A stretch of 54,650 nucleotides of DNA, from assembly GCA_030611045.1 (NCBI GenBank), contig JAUWQN010000002.1, forward strand, positions 1 through 54,650, in the 5' to 3' direction. Source of the DNA: Methanosarcinales archaeon. Its GTDB lineage: Archaea; Halobacteriota; Syntropharchaeia; Alkanophagales; Methanospirareceae. Positions 31,035-39,622 of the stretch are shown here, piece after piece (position 1 is the stretch's first letter; every line of letters begins with the position of its first letter). The translations under genes were made by a program, and so were the position numbers. The notes beneath the pieces are model-generated. The model was not told the DNA's origin and searched no databases. It was given only the letters and a program-made list of their open reading frames with translations.

Positions 31035-31074
31035 CACTTTATCTTTTTAGAAAAAGAAAACCTGTGCCAAAATT
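31035..31074 (+). repeat. conserved about 40-nt 3'-flank element, copy 2 (copy 1 at 3733..3772)
   Basis: CACTTTATCTTTTTAG-AAAAAGAAAACCTGTGCCAAAA versus CACTTTTTCTTTTTCACAAAAAGAAAACCTGTGCTAAAA. There are 34 matches with one 1-nt indel, including an identical 17-mer. Both copies start within 3 nt of a stop codon. Confidence 0.6.
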
Positions 31075-31080
31075 CTCCTT

Positions 31081-31145
31081 CTAAAAAAGGCTTTACCGAA
31101 AAAAGCGCACGCATCAAACTTTAGAATTGTCTGATCAAAAAGTTT
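31081..31145 (+). repeat. conserved about 65-nt intergenic element, copy A (copy B at 41988..42056)
   Basis: Both copies share CTAAA..GG.TTTACCGAA-N14-CAAACTTTAGAA with identical 23-nt spacing. Copy A contains the inverted repeat AAACTTT-N16-AAAGTTT. Confidence 0.55.
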
Positions 31146-31170
31146 CGCATAATGCTGTCATATCCTATAT

Positions 31171-31198
31171 TTTTCCATCGAAGAATGGAAAAGTTTTT
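31171..31198 (+). terminator. hairpin TTTTCCAT-cgaaga-ATGGAAAA followed by GTTTTT
   Basis: A perfect 8-bp stem with a 6-nt loop and then a T5 run was read directly. It lies about 140 nt after the nikR stop. Confidence 0.3.
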
Positions 31199-31467
31199 AT
31201 ATGCCCAACGCATATTGAAACTTGGGTTACAGACTCCGTGCTTATTTCAGGTTCTGTACTTAAGAGGCTGTCTCGCAATTCGAAATCACAACAAAAAGAA
31301 GCCCAAATAGGGTTTTATATTGGGAAATAAGCATTCTATTTCCCAAAATATCTAATTATGGGACAAGCTCTTCAGAGCGGGGTGGAGAGGTTGGGGCTGC
31401 ATTATAATGTTGTAGAGAATGGAAGAAATGGAAAGCAGGATTTCGGTGATGCTAATGACTATTCCTC

Positions 31468-32652
31468 TTATTTTTCAATCATTGCATCAATCCCGATTAT
31501 ATATGCGTAAGGCGCATAGGGCTTCACTTTCCGTGCGTCCCGTATCTCTACTGAATAGGACCGAAACTCTTCATCCAATTCTTGTACTTTCGCAATCAAT
31601 TTCTCTTTCGCTTGCGTTATTGCTCGTTCAAGCGCATCATGCTTCTCCTCACCTTCTTCAGGGTAAGCGAATTCCAGATCGTAGAAATGAAGTATCCCGC
31701 CGTGGGGTTTGAGCATGCTCAAAGCTTCTTGGAGGAACAAATACGCGCTTTTCGGGAGGTTCATGATTATCCGGTCTGCCGTGTTCCTAAACTTCTCGTA
31801 AATTTCGCTTATATCACCTTCTATCGCGTCTATGTTATTTACTCCATTCCGCTTCATATTTTCCCGGAGATACAATATCGCATCGGGATTGATGTCAATT
31901 GCCGTCACGTGACTTTGTGGTGCTCGTATCGCAACTTGTATGGAGAATGCGCCAACACCTGCGAACATGTCTAATACCTCCTCCTCTTTTACGCTGCTCC
32001 GTGCAGCCTGTGCGGCTACTTTATTTCGTTCTCCCGCCAACCGCGGATTGAAATAAACCTTTTCCAGGTCAAGCTTGTATCTACACCCATTCTCCTTGTG
32101 CATCGTCTCTGTCCTGTTCTCGCCTGCGATGATCTCCAGCTTTCGTGTTCTGAATACGCCTTCTACGGCAGAAATCCGTTTTGCTACTACTTTGATATTT
32201 TTATGCCTGTTCATCAGTGCATGCGCTACAAGCTGCTCTTTCCTATTGTCTATCGCCTCCGTTAGCACTGCAATGTCACCTATTACTTCGTAAGATGGCT
32301 TGAATCCAACTATAGCTTCTATGCTCTTTCTCCGTTCTAAAATAGTAAAATCCAGCGTTAAAAGTTCAACGTCGCCTATTTCTCTTATCTCTGCATCGGT
32401 TAACGTTCGTATGAGTGGTAAATAAATGAACGTTTCGTCTGAGGTTATTTTAGCGTCAGTTCTCAGCAGTTTGAATTCCTTCAACGTTTGCCGGATTTCT
32501 TCACCTCTGCTCTTATCTGCTTTTACACACGGTAAACGCTCTGTCTCTGCTATCATGGATTTCTTTATTTGTTCTACTCTTTTGCCGTTAATGTAATATA
32601 ATTTGGTTGGGAGGGTTGATAAGTCAAACATTTTAGAAAAAGGGGCAATCAA
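31468..32652 (-). CDS. trm5: tRNA (guanine37-N1)-methyltransferase Trm5 / Taw2-like (Met-10+ family)
   Basis: The SAM motif VLDMFAGVGAFSIQVA, NLPKSAY and the overall Trm5 pattern are present. An alternative ATG at 32631 gives MFDLSTLP. Confidence 0.8.
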   Translation of the reverse strand: MIAPFSKMFDLSTLPTKLYYINGKRVEQIKKSMIAETERLPCVKADKSRGEEIRQTLKEFKLLRTDAKITSDETFIYLPLIRTLTDAEIREIGDVELLTLDFTILERRKSIEAIVGFKPSYEVIGDIAVLTEAIDNRKEQLVAHALMNRHKNIKVVAKRISAVEGVFRTRKLEIIAGENRTETMHKENGCRYKLDLEKVYFNPRLAGERNKVAAQAARSSVKEEEVLDMFAGVGAFSIQVAIRAPQSHVTAIDINPDAILYLRENMKRNGVNNIDAIEGDISEIYEKFRNTADRIIMNLPKSAYLFLQEALSMLKPHGGILHFYDLEFAYPEEGEEKHDALERAITQAKEKLIAKVQELDEEFRSYSVEIRDARKVKPYAPYAYIIGIDAMIEK

Positions 32653-32708
32653 AAAAATCTTCGGTTGGGTGCTGGTAAGGGTAGTCTGGTTTCCGATTGT
32701 TTCGTTGG

Positions 32709-33623
32709 TTAAACAATCTTTTCTAAAACGCGTTTGAAAGGCAGCCCTTTCCGGGCACCATATTCACGTATGCAGAACGAAGCCACCGAATTACCGATTT
32801 TACCACTTTCCTGTATGCTCTTCTCGTGTAGCAAGCCATACAGGAATCCTGCGGCGAACGCATCCCCTGCTCCGGTTGTATCCACGACATCTGTCGGATA
32901 GGCAGCGATTACATGCGATTCCCCTGCGGCGTTGGTAACATAACAGCCGCGCGCGCCCAGCGTCACACAGACAATCTGCGCACCTATGTTTAAGAGGGCT
33001 TCAGCGCCTTTTTCATATTTTTTTCCTTGTACCACCGAGGTCAACTCATCAAGGCTGAGAAAAACCACTTCACTTCGCTCTATCACCGCAATCAAATCCT
33101 CAAGCTCGTATTTGAAGCAGAGCATACCAGGGCTAAAACTGAGCTTTGACTTAACGCGTTTCGCCAATTCACGTTGCATCTCCAACTGCTCCTTGTTTAC
33201 AAACGAACTCATATGCAAAAAGCTCGCAGTATTTACAAGCTCTCTATCTATATCATCCATGCAGAGCCGATTATTCACGCCGGGGTAGATATACAGTGCC
33301 CGTTCACCTTGTGCATCCACGAATCCTATTGCAGCGCCCGTATAACCTTCCTCTATTCTTATCTGCGTCTCCACGCCTTCTTTCCTTAAATCTTCCAGAA
33401 TCAGTTCTCCTTCTTCGTCTGTGCCTACCATTCCCACGAAGCCAACCTCAACGCCTAATCTTGATAACGCAACGATGGTATTTGCCGCAGAGCCACCCGG
33501 CACCTTCTGCACATCTAATATTCCGACCTCTTCTCCTCCTCGTGCTATTCGCTCCACAGCATATAGCACATCATAATTCAAGGCGCCTAAGCCAATCACG
33601 TCTTTTTTACTCATTTTACGCAC
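32709..33623 (-). CDS. PfkB-family carbohydrate/nucleoside kinase
   Basis: GGSAANTIVALSRLG near the N-terminus and VDTTGAGDAFAAGFLYG near the C-terminus. Confidence 0.85.
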   Translation of the reverse strand: MRKMSKKDVIGLGALNYDVLYAVERIARGGEEVGILDVQKVPGGSAANTIVALSRLGVEVGFVGMVGTDEEGELILEDLRKEGVETQIRIEEGYTGAAIGFVDAQGERALYIYPGVNNRLCMDDIDRELVNTASFLHMSSFVNKEQLEMQRELAKRVKSKLSFSPGMLCFKYELEDLIAVIERSEVVFLSLDELTSVVQGKKYEKGAEALLNIGAQIVCVTLGARGCYVTNAAGESHVIAAYPTDVVDTTGAGDAFAAGFLYGLLHEKSIQESGKIGNSVASFCIREYGARKGLPFKRVLEKIV

Positions 33624-33726
33624 GTTTTTTTAAAAGAGGAATTAATCTTTTTCTTTTGTATTAAAAAGTGGTCTGCACTTTTAAAAAGTGTTTTCTTCGT
33701 ATACCTCCTTTTACTAATCAGGTGCC

Positions 33727-34416
33727 ATGCAACGAGAATATGAAAAACATGGATTCTTCAGTTTTTCGAGCAGTAGAAATCGAGAACTGTGTTGCGTGAA
33801 GCACGGGGAATCCGAAATAAACGCGGTATGCAGAGTATTGAACGTATCAAGAAAGGAGATACGTACAAAAGAAGGCGATAAAAAAATCATTCTCCGTGGG
33901 ATCATCGCGGACGACACCGCAAAATTACCCTTTGTCTCGTGGACAGAGCGAGAAGAGCTTGTAAAGGATACGGTAGTGCGGATAGAGAACGCGTCTGTGA
34001 AGAGGTGGAAGGGCTTGCCCGCGCTGTATATAATGGAAAACACGAACGTAAGTGTAATCGAAGATGATATTGGTTTCCCCGGTTATGCTGAGTTGATAAA
34101 GCCTAAAAAGAGAAGTATAGGAGAAATAGTTGGCTGCGAAGGTGCATTTGATGTAATTGTGGAAGGAAATATAATATCAATCTCAGCGGGAGCAACTAAA
34201 AGGACGCTGGTATTAGACGATGGTACGGGTGCAGTATTCATAGAGTTAATAGACAAAGAAAAGGAAGGGCGTATTTATTTCGGAATGCCTGTTAAGGCAA
34301 GAGGTAATGTGGTGGACTCGGAAAAAGGCTATGTGTTGATGGCCGAAGAAGTTAAAATAAGTGGTGAAACGTTTATAATAACTGAGATGAACAACTTTTT
34401 GTGTAAATACACGTGA
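33727..34416 (+). CDS. OB-fold ssDNA-binding protein, replication factor A (RPA)-like
   Basis: INAVCRVLNVSRKEIRTKEGDKKIILRGIIADDTAKLPFVSWTE is the classic RPA OB-fold pattern. The true start is uncertain. Confidence 0.5.
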   Translation: MQREYEKHGFFSFSSSRNRELCCVKHGESEINAVCRVLNVSRKEIRTKEGDKKIILRGIIADDTAKLPFVSWTEREELVKDTVVRIENASVKRWKGLPALYIMENTNVSVIEDDIGFPGYAELIKPKKRSIGEIVGCEGAFDVIVEGNIISISAGATKRTLVLDDGTGAVFIELIDKEKEGRIYFGMPVKARGNVVDSEKGYVLMAEEVKISGETFIITEMNNFLCKYT

Positions 34417-34509
34417 TTTTCTTTCAACAGCAGGTCAACACGCACCCGCTTCATTCCATTCCGGAAGTTATTTATTAAATAAAAAAGAAGCTGGGACATA
34501 GGGGAGGAG

Positions 34510-35703
34510 ATGCAAATGAGGGATGTAGCGATAATAGGAATTGGGCATACGAAATTTGGGCGAGCTGCGAAGACCTCAATTGAGTTATTTTCAGAAGCGG
34601 CACTGCAAGCAATTGACGATGCAGGTGTGGAATTGAAGGATATAGAAGCGTTGTTTCAAGGTGCGGCTCTTCCCGGTTTTGAAGAGGGTCAAGTAATGCC
34701 CGCGGGGTTCTCGGCCGCTGATCTCAACCTGGGGCCTATACCTGCGACGAGATTTGAAGGTGCATGTGCATCTGCATCAGTTGCGATACGAGATGCTGCG
34801 CTGTGGGTCGGTGCGGGGGAATACGATATGGTGCTTGCCGGAGGCACGGAAAAAGCGGTGATAATGGGTGTTCCCTTTGCCACACGAACTTTTGCGATGG
34901 CATGTCATGCGCCAACAGAAGGACCTGCAGGACTCACATTTCCGGGAGTATTCGCAATGGCTGCGAGACTATATGCGAGAAATTATGACCTGCCACTTGA
35001 TGCACTGAGAGAAAAGATGGCGTGTGTTTCGGTAAAGAACCACCAGCATGGTGCTTTAAATCCCTTAGCGCAATTCTATAATAAGTTGGGCGATTTGAAG
35101 GTCGAAGATGTAGTAAAATCAAAAATGGTAGCCGATCCATTAACGCTTCTGGACTGCTGTCCATTTTCAGATGGGGCATCAGCCCTTGTGCTCTGCGCCG
35201 CGGAGGATGCAAGGAAATATACTGATGAGCCAGTTTACATATTAGGAACAGGGCAGGGTTCAGGCGGTCCATTATCAAAGATGGGGGACTTAACAAAGCC
35301 TGCTTCGCGGATAAGCTCTGCAAAAGCAGCATTCGAGCGTGCGGGGCTCAGCCCCAAAGATATTGACATAGTGGAAGTTCACGATTGTTTTACAATTGCA
35401 GAAATAATCGCACTGGAGTGCATGGGTTTCTTTGAGTGGGGCGAGGCCGCAGATGCAACCGCAGAGGGACAAACGGAATTTGGAGGGAAGATACCGGTAA
35501 ATATGTCCGGCGGGTTAATCGGCAAGGGGCATCCGATAGGCGCAACAGGGGCATCGCAGGTTTACTGGATCGTTAAGCAGATGAGAGGAGAAGCACCAAA
35601 AGGCAATCAAATCAATCCGGTTCCGGAGTATGGGATGACCGATACACTTGGCGGCGACTTCGGGACATTATGTCATATTATACTTGGCAGGACAAAGAAG
35701 TAG
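34510..35703 (+). CDS. thiolase-family acetyl-CoA C-acyltransferase
   Basis: FEGACASASVAIRDA (Cys nucleophile), [16 protein letters not shown] and GGLIGKGHPIGATG. Confidence 0.85.
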   Translation: MQMRDVAIIGIGHTKFGRAAKTSIELFSEAALQAIDDAGVELKDIEALFQGAALPGFEEGQVMPAGFSAADLNLGPIPATRFEGACASASVAIRDAALWVGAGEYDMVLAGGTEKAVIMGVPFATRTFAMACHAPTEGPAGLTFPGVFAMAARLYARNYDLPLDALREKMACVSVKNHQHGALNPLAQFYNKLGDLKVEDVVKSKMVADPLTLLDCCPFSDGASALVLCAAEDARKYTDEPVYILGTGQGSGGPLSKMGDLTKPASRISSAKAAFERAGLSPKDIDIVEVHDCFTIAEIIALECMGFFEWGEAADATAEGQTEFGGKIPVNMSGGLIGKGHPIGATGASQVYWIVKQMRGEAPKGNQINPVPEYGMTDTLGGDFGTLCHIILGRTKK

Positions 35704-35720
35704 GGAATGGGGAATAGCCA

Positions 35721-36167
35721 ATGGGAAAAGGGATAGAAATGGATAAGGAATACTTGGTTTTAACCTATGCTGATTATGAGGGCGGTATAAGAGACGGGAA
35801 ATTGTTAGGGCTGCGGTGTGCAGCGTGCAACAAAATAACGTGCCATCCAATGCCTGTATGCCAGTGGTGCGGTGGCAGAACCCTTGAGATAACAGAACTG
35901 AGTGGAGAAGGCGAGTTGGTGACGTTTACGGTAATTCGTATACCTTCAGAGGGATTTGAAGATGATGTACCGTATATCCCGTGTCTGGTGAGAACAAAGG
36001 AGGGACCGTGCGTTGTAGGACGACTTGATTACGATACAGAGCGTGCCACGCAAGAACTACTTGGTAAGCAAGTGAAGCTGAGTGGTGCGTACACGTACAA
36101 AGGCGATAAGTTCTCCGGCGGACCTCGCACATGCCCTGTGTTTAGCTTAGAGTTATCGAATGATTGA
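35721..36167 (+). CDS. DUF35 Zn-ribbon/OB-fold protein (thiolase-associated scaffold)
   Basis: Zn ribbon CAACNKITCHPMPVCQWCGG followed by an OB-fold segment (ELVTFTVIRIP...). Confidence 0.8.
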   Translation: MGKGIEMDKEYLVLTYADYEGGIRDGKLLGLRCAACNKITCHPMPVCQWCGGRTLEITELSGEGELVTFTVIRIPSEGFEDDVPYIPCLVRTKEGPCVVGRLDYDTERATQELLGKQVKLSGAYTYKGDKFSGGPRTCPVFSLELSND

Positions 36168-36198
36168 ATGAACGAACGAAAGAAAAGAAGAAGAAGCC

Positions 36199-37059
36199 AT
36201 GACTAAAAAGAAAGTGTGTGTTGTGGGAATAGGTGTGATGGGAAACGGATTAGCGCAAGTATGTGCTCAGGCGGGTTATGATACCTCTGTTGTCAGTCGG
36301 AGTGAAGAATCTTTAGAGCGGGGAATCGGAAAAATAAAACGCAACCTTTCGGGTCTCGTTAAGAAAGGGCGGATGCAGCAAGAGGAGGCGGATAGCATTC
36401 TGGATGCATTACGAGCACAGGCGACAACGAGCCTGGAAGATGGTGCAAAGGGGGCGGATTTTGTAATAGAAGCGGTTTACGAGGATTTAGAGCTGAAAAA
36501 GGGAATATTCAGAGAGTTGGATAGGATCTGTCCAGAGCATACCATTCTTGCAAGTAATACCTCTACATTTCCTATTATCTCTTTAGCTACCGTAACAAAA
36601 CGACCTGATAAAGTAATTGGAACCCATTTCATGAACCCGCCACCGCTCATACTGGGTGTAGAGATAATCAAATCATTGTTGACTTCTGAAGACACGGTGC
36701 AGAGAACGGATGAATTCGTAAAGTCGTTGGGAAAAGATCCGATTATGGTCAAGGATTCGCCGGGGTTCGTGGTGAGTCGCATGATCTGCCTTGTGATGAA
36801 CGAAGCGGTAAGGATGCATGAAGAGGGGGTTGCGTCAGTTGAGGATATAGATAAGATAGCAAGATTATGTTTTAACTGGCCTATAGGGCCTTTTCAGCTT
36901 TTGGATTTAATCGGGATAGACATTGTGGCTGCAGTGCTCAATACGATGTATAATGAGACCGGCGGATACCGATTCAAACCAGCGCTTCTTATGGTGCAGA
37001 TGGTGCGGGCTGGCCGGACCGGGAGAAAGGCAGGGAGAGGGTTTTATGAGTATGCGTGA
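36199..37059 (+). CDS. hbd: 3-hydroxyacyl-CoA (3-hydroxybutyryl-CoA) dehydrogenase
   Basis: Rossmann VCVVGIGVMGNGLAQV, then SNTSTFPI, HFMNPPP and DSPGFVVSRM. Confidence 0.9.
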   Translation: MTKKKVCVVGIGVMGNGLAQVCAQAGYDTSVVSRSEESLERGIGKIKRNLSGLVKKGRMQQEEADSILDALRAQATTSLEDGAKGADFVIEAVYEDLELKKGIFRELDRICPEHTILASNTSTFPIISLATVTKRPDKVIGTHFMNPPPLILGVEIIKSLLTSEDTVQRTDEFVKSLGKDPIMVKDSPGFVVSRMICLVMNEAVRMHEEGVASVEDIDKIARLCFNWPIGPFQLLDLIGIDIVAAVLNTMYNETGGYRFKPALLMVQMVRAGRTGRKAGRGFYEYA

Positions 37060-37182
37060 CTGTTACGTGCACGTTGAACAGAAGATGGATGAATGATGAA
37101 GTAGAGGCAACGATACAACGATAGTTAGTGACATCGTTGGCAAAAACGCTCCCCCATCCCATAGACGGGGCTCATAATAAAA

Positions 37183-37977
37183 ATGACCGAAGAAAAGGAA
37201 TACAAATACCTCTTGTACAATAAGAAGGAACACGTTGCAACGATAACGCTTAACAGACCGCAATCGTTGAACGCATTGAACACCGCTTTATTAACTGAGT
37301 TGCGAAAGGTATTAGAGGATGTTGAGATTGATGCTGAGGTGCGTGTGGTCGTAATAACTGGAGTGGGAGATAAGGCTTTCTGTGCAGGAGCGGACGTAAA
37401 CGAGATACTTGATAAAGCTCCTGAAGAAGCACGTGTGTGGTCCTGGTGGGTTCAGGGGGTACTAACCCGCATAGAAACGATAAAGAAGCCAGTAATAGCG
37501 AAGATAAACGGGTTTTGTTTAGGTGGGGGGTTAGAACTTGCAATGGCATGTGATTTCAGAATTGCTTCAGAGACTGCGATATTTGGTCTGCCGGAAATAA
37601 ATCTGGCAATTATTCCCGGTGGTGGTGGGACTCAGCGACTACCGAGATTGATAGGGAAGACAAAAGCGATGGAACTGCTGATGACCAGTGAGCAGATAGA
37701 TGCAACAGAAGCGCTTCGGTTAACACTCGTGAATACCGTTGTCCCTGTAGATGAACTTGACCGTGAGGTTGAGGAACTAATCAAAAAATTGCTGTCAAAA
37801 AGTCCTGCTGCACTCGGAACACTCAAGTATGCGGTGAATAGAGGTGTAGAAATGAACTTAGAGTATGCATTGGAGTACGAATCGGAATGCTTTGGAGCGG
37901 CACTGGCAACTGAGGATGCACGAGAAGGGTTAAAAGCTTTTTTAGAAAAGCGGAAGCCGGAGTTTAAAGGTAAGTAA
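37183..37977 (+). CDS. enoyl-CoA hydratase (crotonase family)
   Basis: VVVITGVGDKAFCAGADV, INGFCLGGGLELAMACDFRIAS and PEINLAIIPGGGGTQRL. Confidence 0.9.
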   Translation: MTEEKEYKYLLYNKKEHVATITLNRPQSLNALNTALLTELRKVLEDVEIDAEVRVVVITGVGDKAFCAGADVNEILDKAPEEARVWSWWVQGVLTRIETIKKPVIAKINGFCLGGGLELAMACDFRIASETAIFGLPEINLAIIPGGGGTQRLPRLIGKTKAMELLMTSEQIDATEALRLTLVNTVVPVDELDREVEELIKKLLSKSPAALGTLKYAVNRGVEMNLEYALEYESECFGAALATEDAREGLKAFLEKRKPEFKGK

Positions 37978-38075
37978 GGGAACAAGAGCGAAAATTTGAT
38001 TAATGCGGCGGTAGCGAGTCGGCAAGGGACCGATATAAACTTTAAATATGATTCAATAGTTCATTATTAATTAGT

Positions 38076-38291
38076 ATGATCGAGAAATTTAATGTTATTG
38101 TTGAAGAAGGCGAGGATGGATATCTTATTTCAGAGGTAATTGAACTTCCAGGATGCCATACTCAGGCAAAGTCATATGACGAACTTATGGAAAGAACCAA
38201 AGAGGCTATAGCTTTATACCTCAGTATGAAAAAGCCTGAGCCTGTCAGATCCAAATTTCTAGGGTTACAGCAGGTTGAAGTAGAGGTTTGA
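38076..38291 (+). CDS. hicB: HicB-like antitoxin (UPF0150 fold, no obvious DNA-binding extension)
   Basis: VIVEEGEDGYLISEVIELPGCHTQAKSYDELMERTKEAIALYL is the canonical HicB N-domain pattern. Confidence 0.75.
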   Translation: MIEKFNVIVEEGEDGYLISEVIELPGCHTQAKSYDELMERTKEAIALYLSMKKPEPVRSKFLGLQQVEVEV

Positions 38292-38293
38292 TC

Positions 38294-38521
38294 ATGGCGA
38301 AATTGCCACTCATGTCAGCTAAGGAAGTATCAAAAGTACTTCAAGAACTTGGATTTGAATTTAAGAGGCAACAAGGAAGCCACATGTTTTTTGAACATCC
38401 TGATGGTAGGACAACAATTATCCCGAATCATCCCGGTGAGGATATTGATAGGGGGCTTTTAAACAAGATAATAAAACACGACCTTCAAATGAGTAGGGCA
38501 GAGTTCATGAAGCACATTTAG
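38294..38521 (+). CDS. hicA: HicA mRNA interferase toxin
   Basis: SAKEVSKVLQELGFEFKRQQGSHMFFEHPDGRTTIIPNHPGEDIDRGLLNKIIK is the typical HicA pattern. The ATG lies 2 nt after the hicB stop. Confidence 0.8.
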   Translation: MAKLPLMSAKEVSKVLQELGFEFKRQQGSHMFFEHPDGRTTIIPNHPGEDIDRGLLNKIIKHDLQMSRAEFMKHI

Positions 38522-38560
38522 CCTTTTATATGTGCTCTATGAATGTCGTGGCGTCTTTCT

Positions 38561-38896
38561 TCATAGAATCACCTCTTGTTCACTCAATATCCGTTCCTTG
38601 AGTAGCGGATGAAGTGATTTATAAGTAAGAACATCTACCTGCCTTCTCAACACTTTTTGAAGGTCTAATTTTAAACAGGAGAGATCTAATAAGCTCTTTC
38701 TTCCTTCAAATTCAATGAGTAGGTCAATATCACTCTTTTCAGTGGCTTCTCCTCGTACTATAGACCCGAAAAGGGAAGCTTTTTTCACCTCGTGTTTCTT
38801 CAACACTTCAATGACCCTCTGCTTTATCGCATCAATCTGATCTTCCTTCATAGTTCTAATATCAAGTATCTCTTGCATAAGTCCTTTACTATCCAA
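38561..38896 (-). CDS. minimal nucleotidyltransferase (MNT, HEPN-MNT antitoxin type) without adjacent HEPN partner
   Basis: SLFGSIVRGEATEKSDIDLLIEF (GS-x9-DxD NTase motif). Only 39 nt separate its stop from the convergent hicA end. Confidence 0.75.
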   Translation of the reverse strand: MDSKGLMQEILDIRTMKEDQIDAIKQRVIEVLKKHEVKKASLFGSIVRGEATEKSDIDLLIEFEGRKSLLDLSCLKLDLQKVLRRQVDVLTYKSLHPLLKERILSEQEVIL

Positions 38897-39106
38897 TTCA
38901 CTTCACTGTTTACTGAGAGGTCGTCCTGCTTTTTAAAACTTTCGATTCATTATTAAACACAAGGATCGTAAAAATGATCAAACTATAGTTTAGTCAATCG
39001 ATTTCATTTGAGCCATTTAAAGAAGGATAATGAATTCGCAGCTCGCTGCGCCGGTGCGTGTTCCGTTGACAAGTTTCAGGTCGGTGGGCACACCTACGCT
39101 ACGACA

Positions 39107-39622
39107 TTATTCCACGGAAAGGATTTTGTTATACTCAAGCTGATCTTTGGGAATGGGCTGCTTCTCTTCGTCCGGGTAGCCGAAGGCGATAATTGATTCC
39201 ACCCGCATGTTCGCCGGTAACCCGAGCACATCCTTGATGTAATCCTCCGAGGTCTGGGAGTCGCTGTGTATCCTTTTTCGTATCTGGATCCAGCAGGAGC
39301 CCAGCCGCAGGCTCTGGCCAGTAAGTTGCAAGATTATGGATGCGATGGAGCAGTCCTCGATCCAGACGTCCGACTCATTCTCGCCGGCGCAGACTACCAC
39401 GCCCAGACCTGCACCCTGCAAGAAGCTCGAGCCGCGGGTCTTGGCCCTGGAGAGCGCTTCCAGTTTGGCTCGGTCAGTGACGAAGATAAACCGCCAGGGT
39501 CTGAAATTACGCGAGGTGGGCGAGCGAACGGCAGCCTCTTTGAGCAGCTCGATGAGCTCAGGCTCGATTGCTTTATCCTTGTATATCCTAACGCTGCGTC
39601 TCTTTCTCAGTATATCAAGCAT
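39107..39622 (-). CDS. nitroreductase-family FMN oxidoreductase
   Basis: MLDILRKRRSVRIYKDKAIEPELIELLKEAAVRSPTSRNFRPWRF is the typical nitroreductase N-terminus. ATG 39622 is chosen over the longer ORF that would overlap the upstream gene. Confidence 0.8.
   Translation of the reverse strand: MLDILRKRRSVRIYKDKAIEPELIELLKEAAVRSPTSRNFRPWRFIFVTDRAKLEALSRAKTRGSSFLQGAGLGVVVCAGENESDVWIEDCSIASIILQLTGQSLRLGSCWIQIRKRIHSDSQTSEDYIKDVLGLPANMRVESIIAFGYPDEEKQPIPKDQLEYNKILSVE

Noticed and set aside
31127-31330. 67-aa ORF (TTG start) in the nikR-trm5 gap as a protein-coding gene.
   Set aside because: It has a non-ATG start without an RBS and no recognisable motif. Its composition is typical of AT-rich non-coding sequence. 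It is kept only as part of the non-coding-gap finding.
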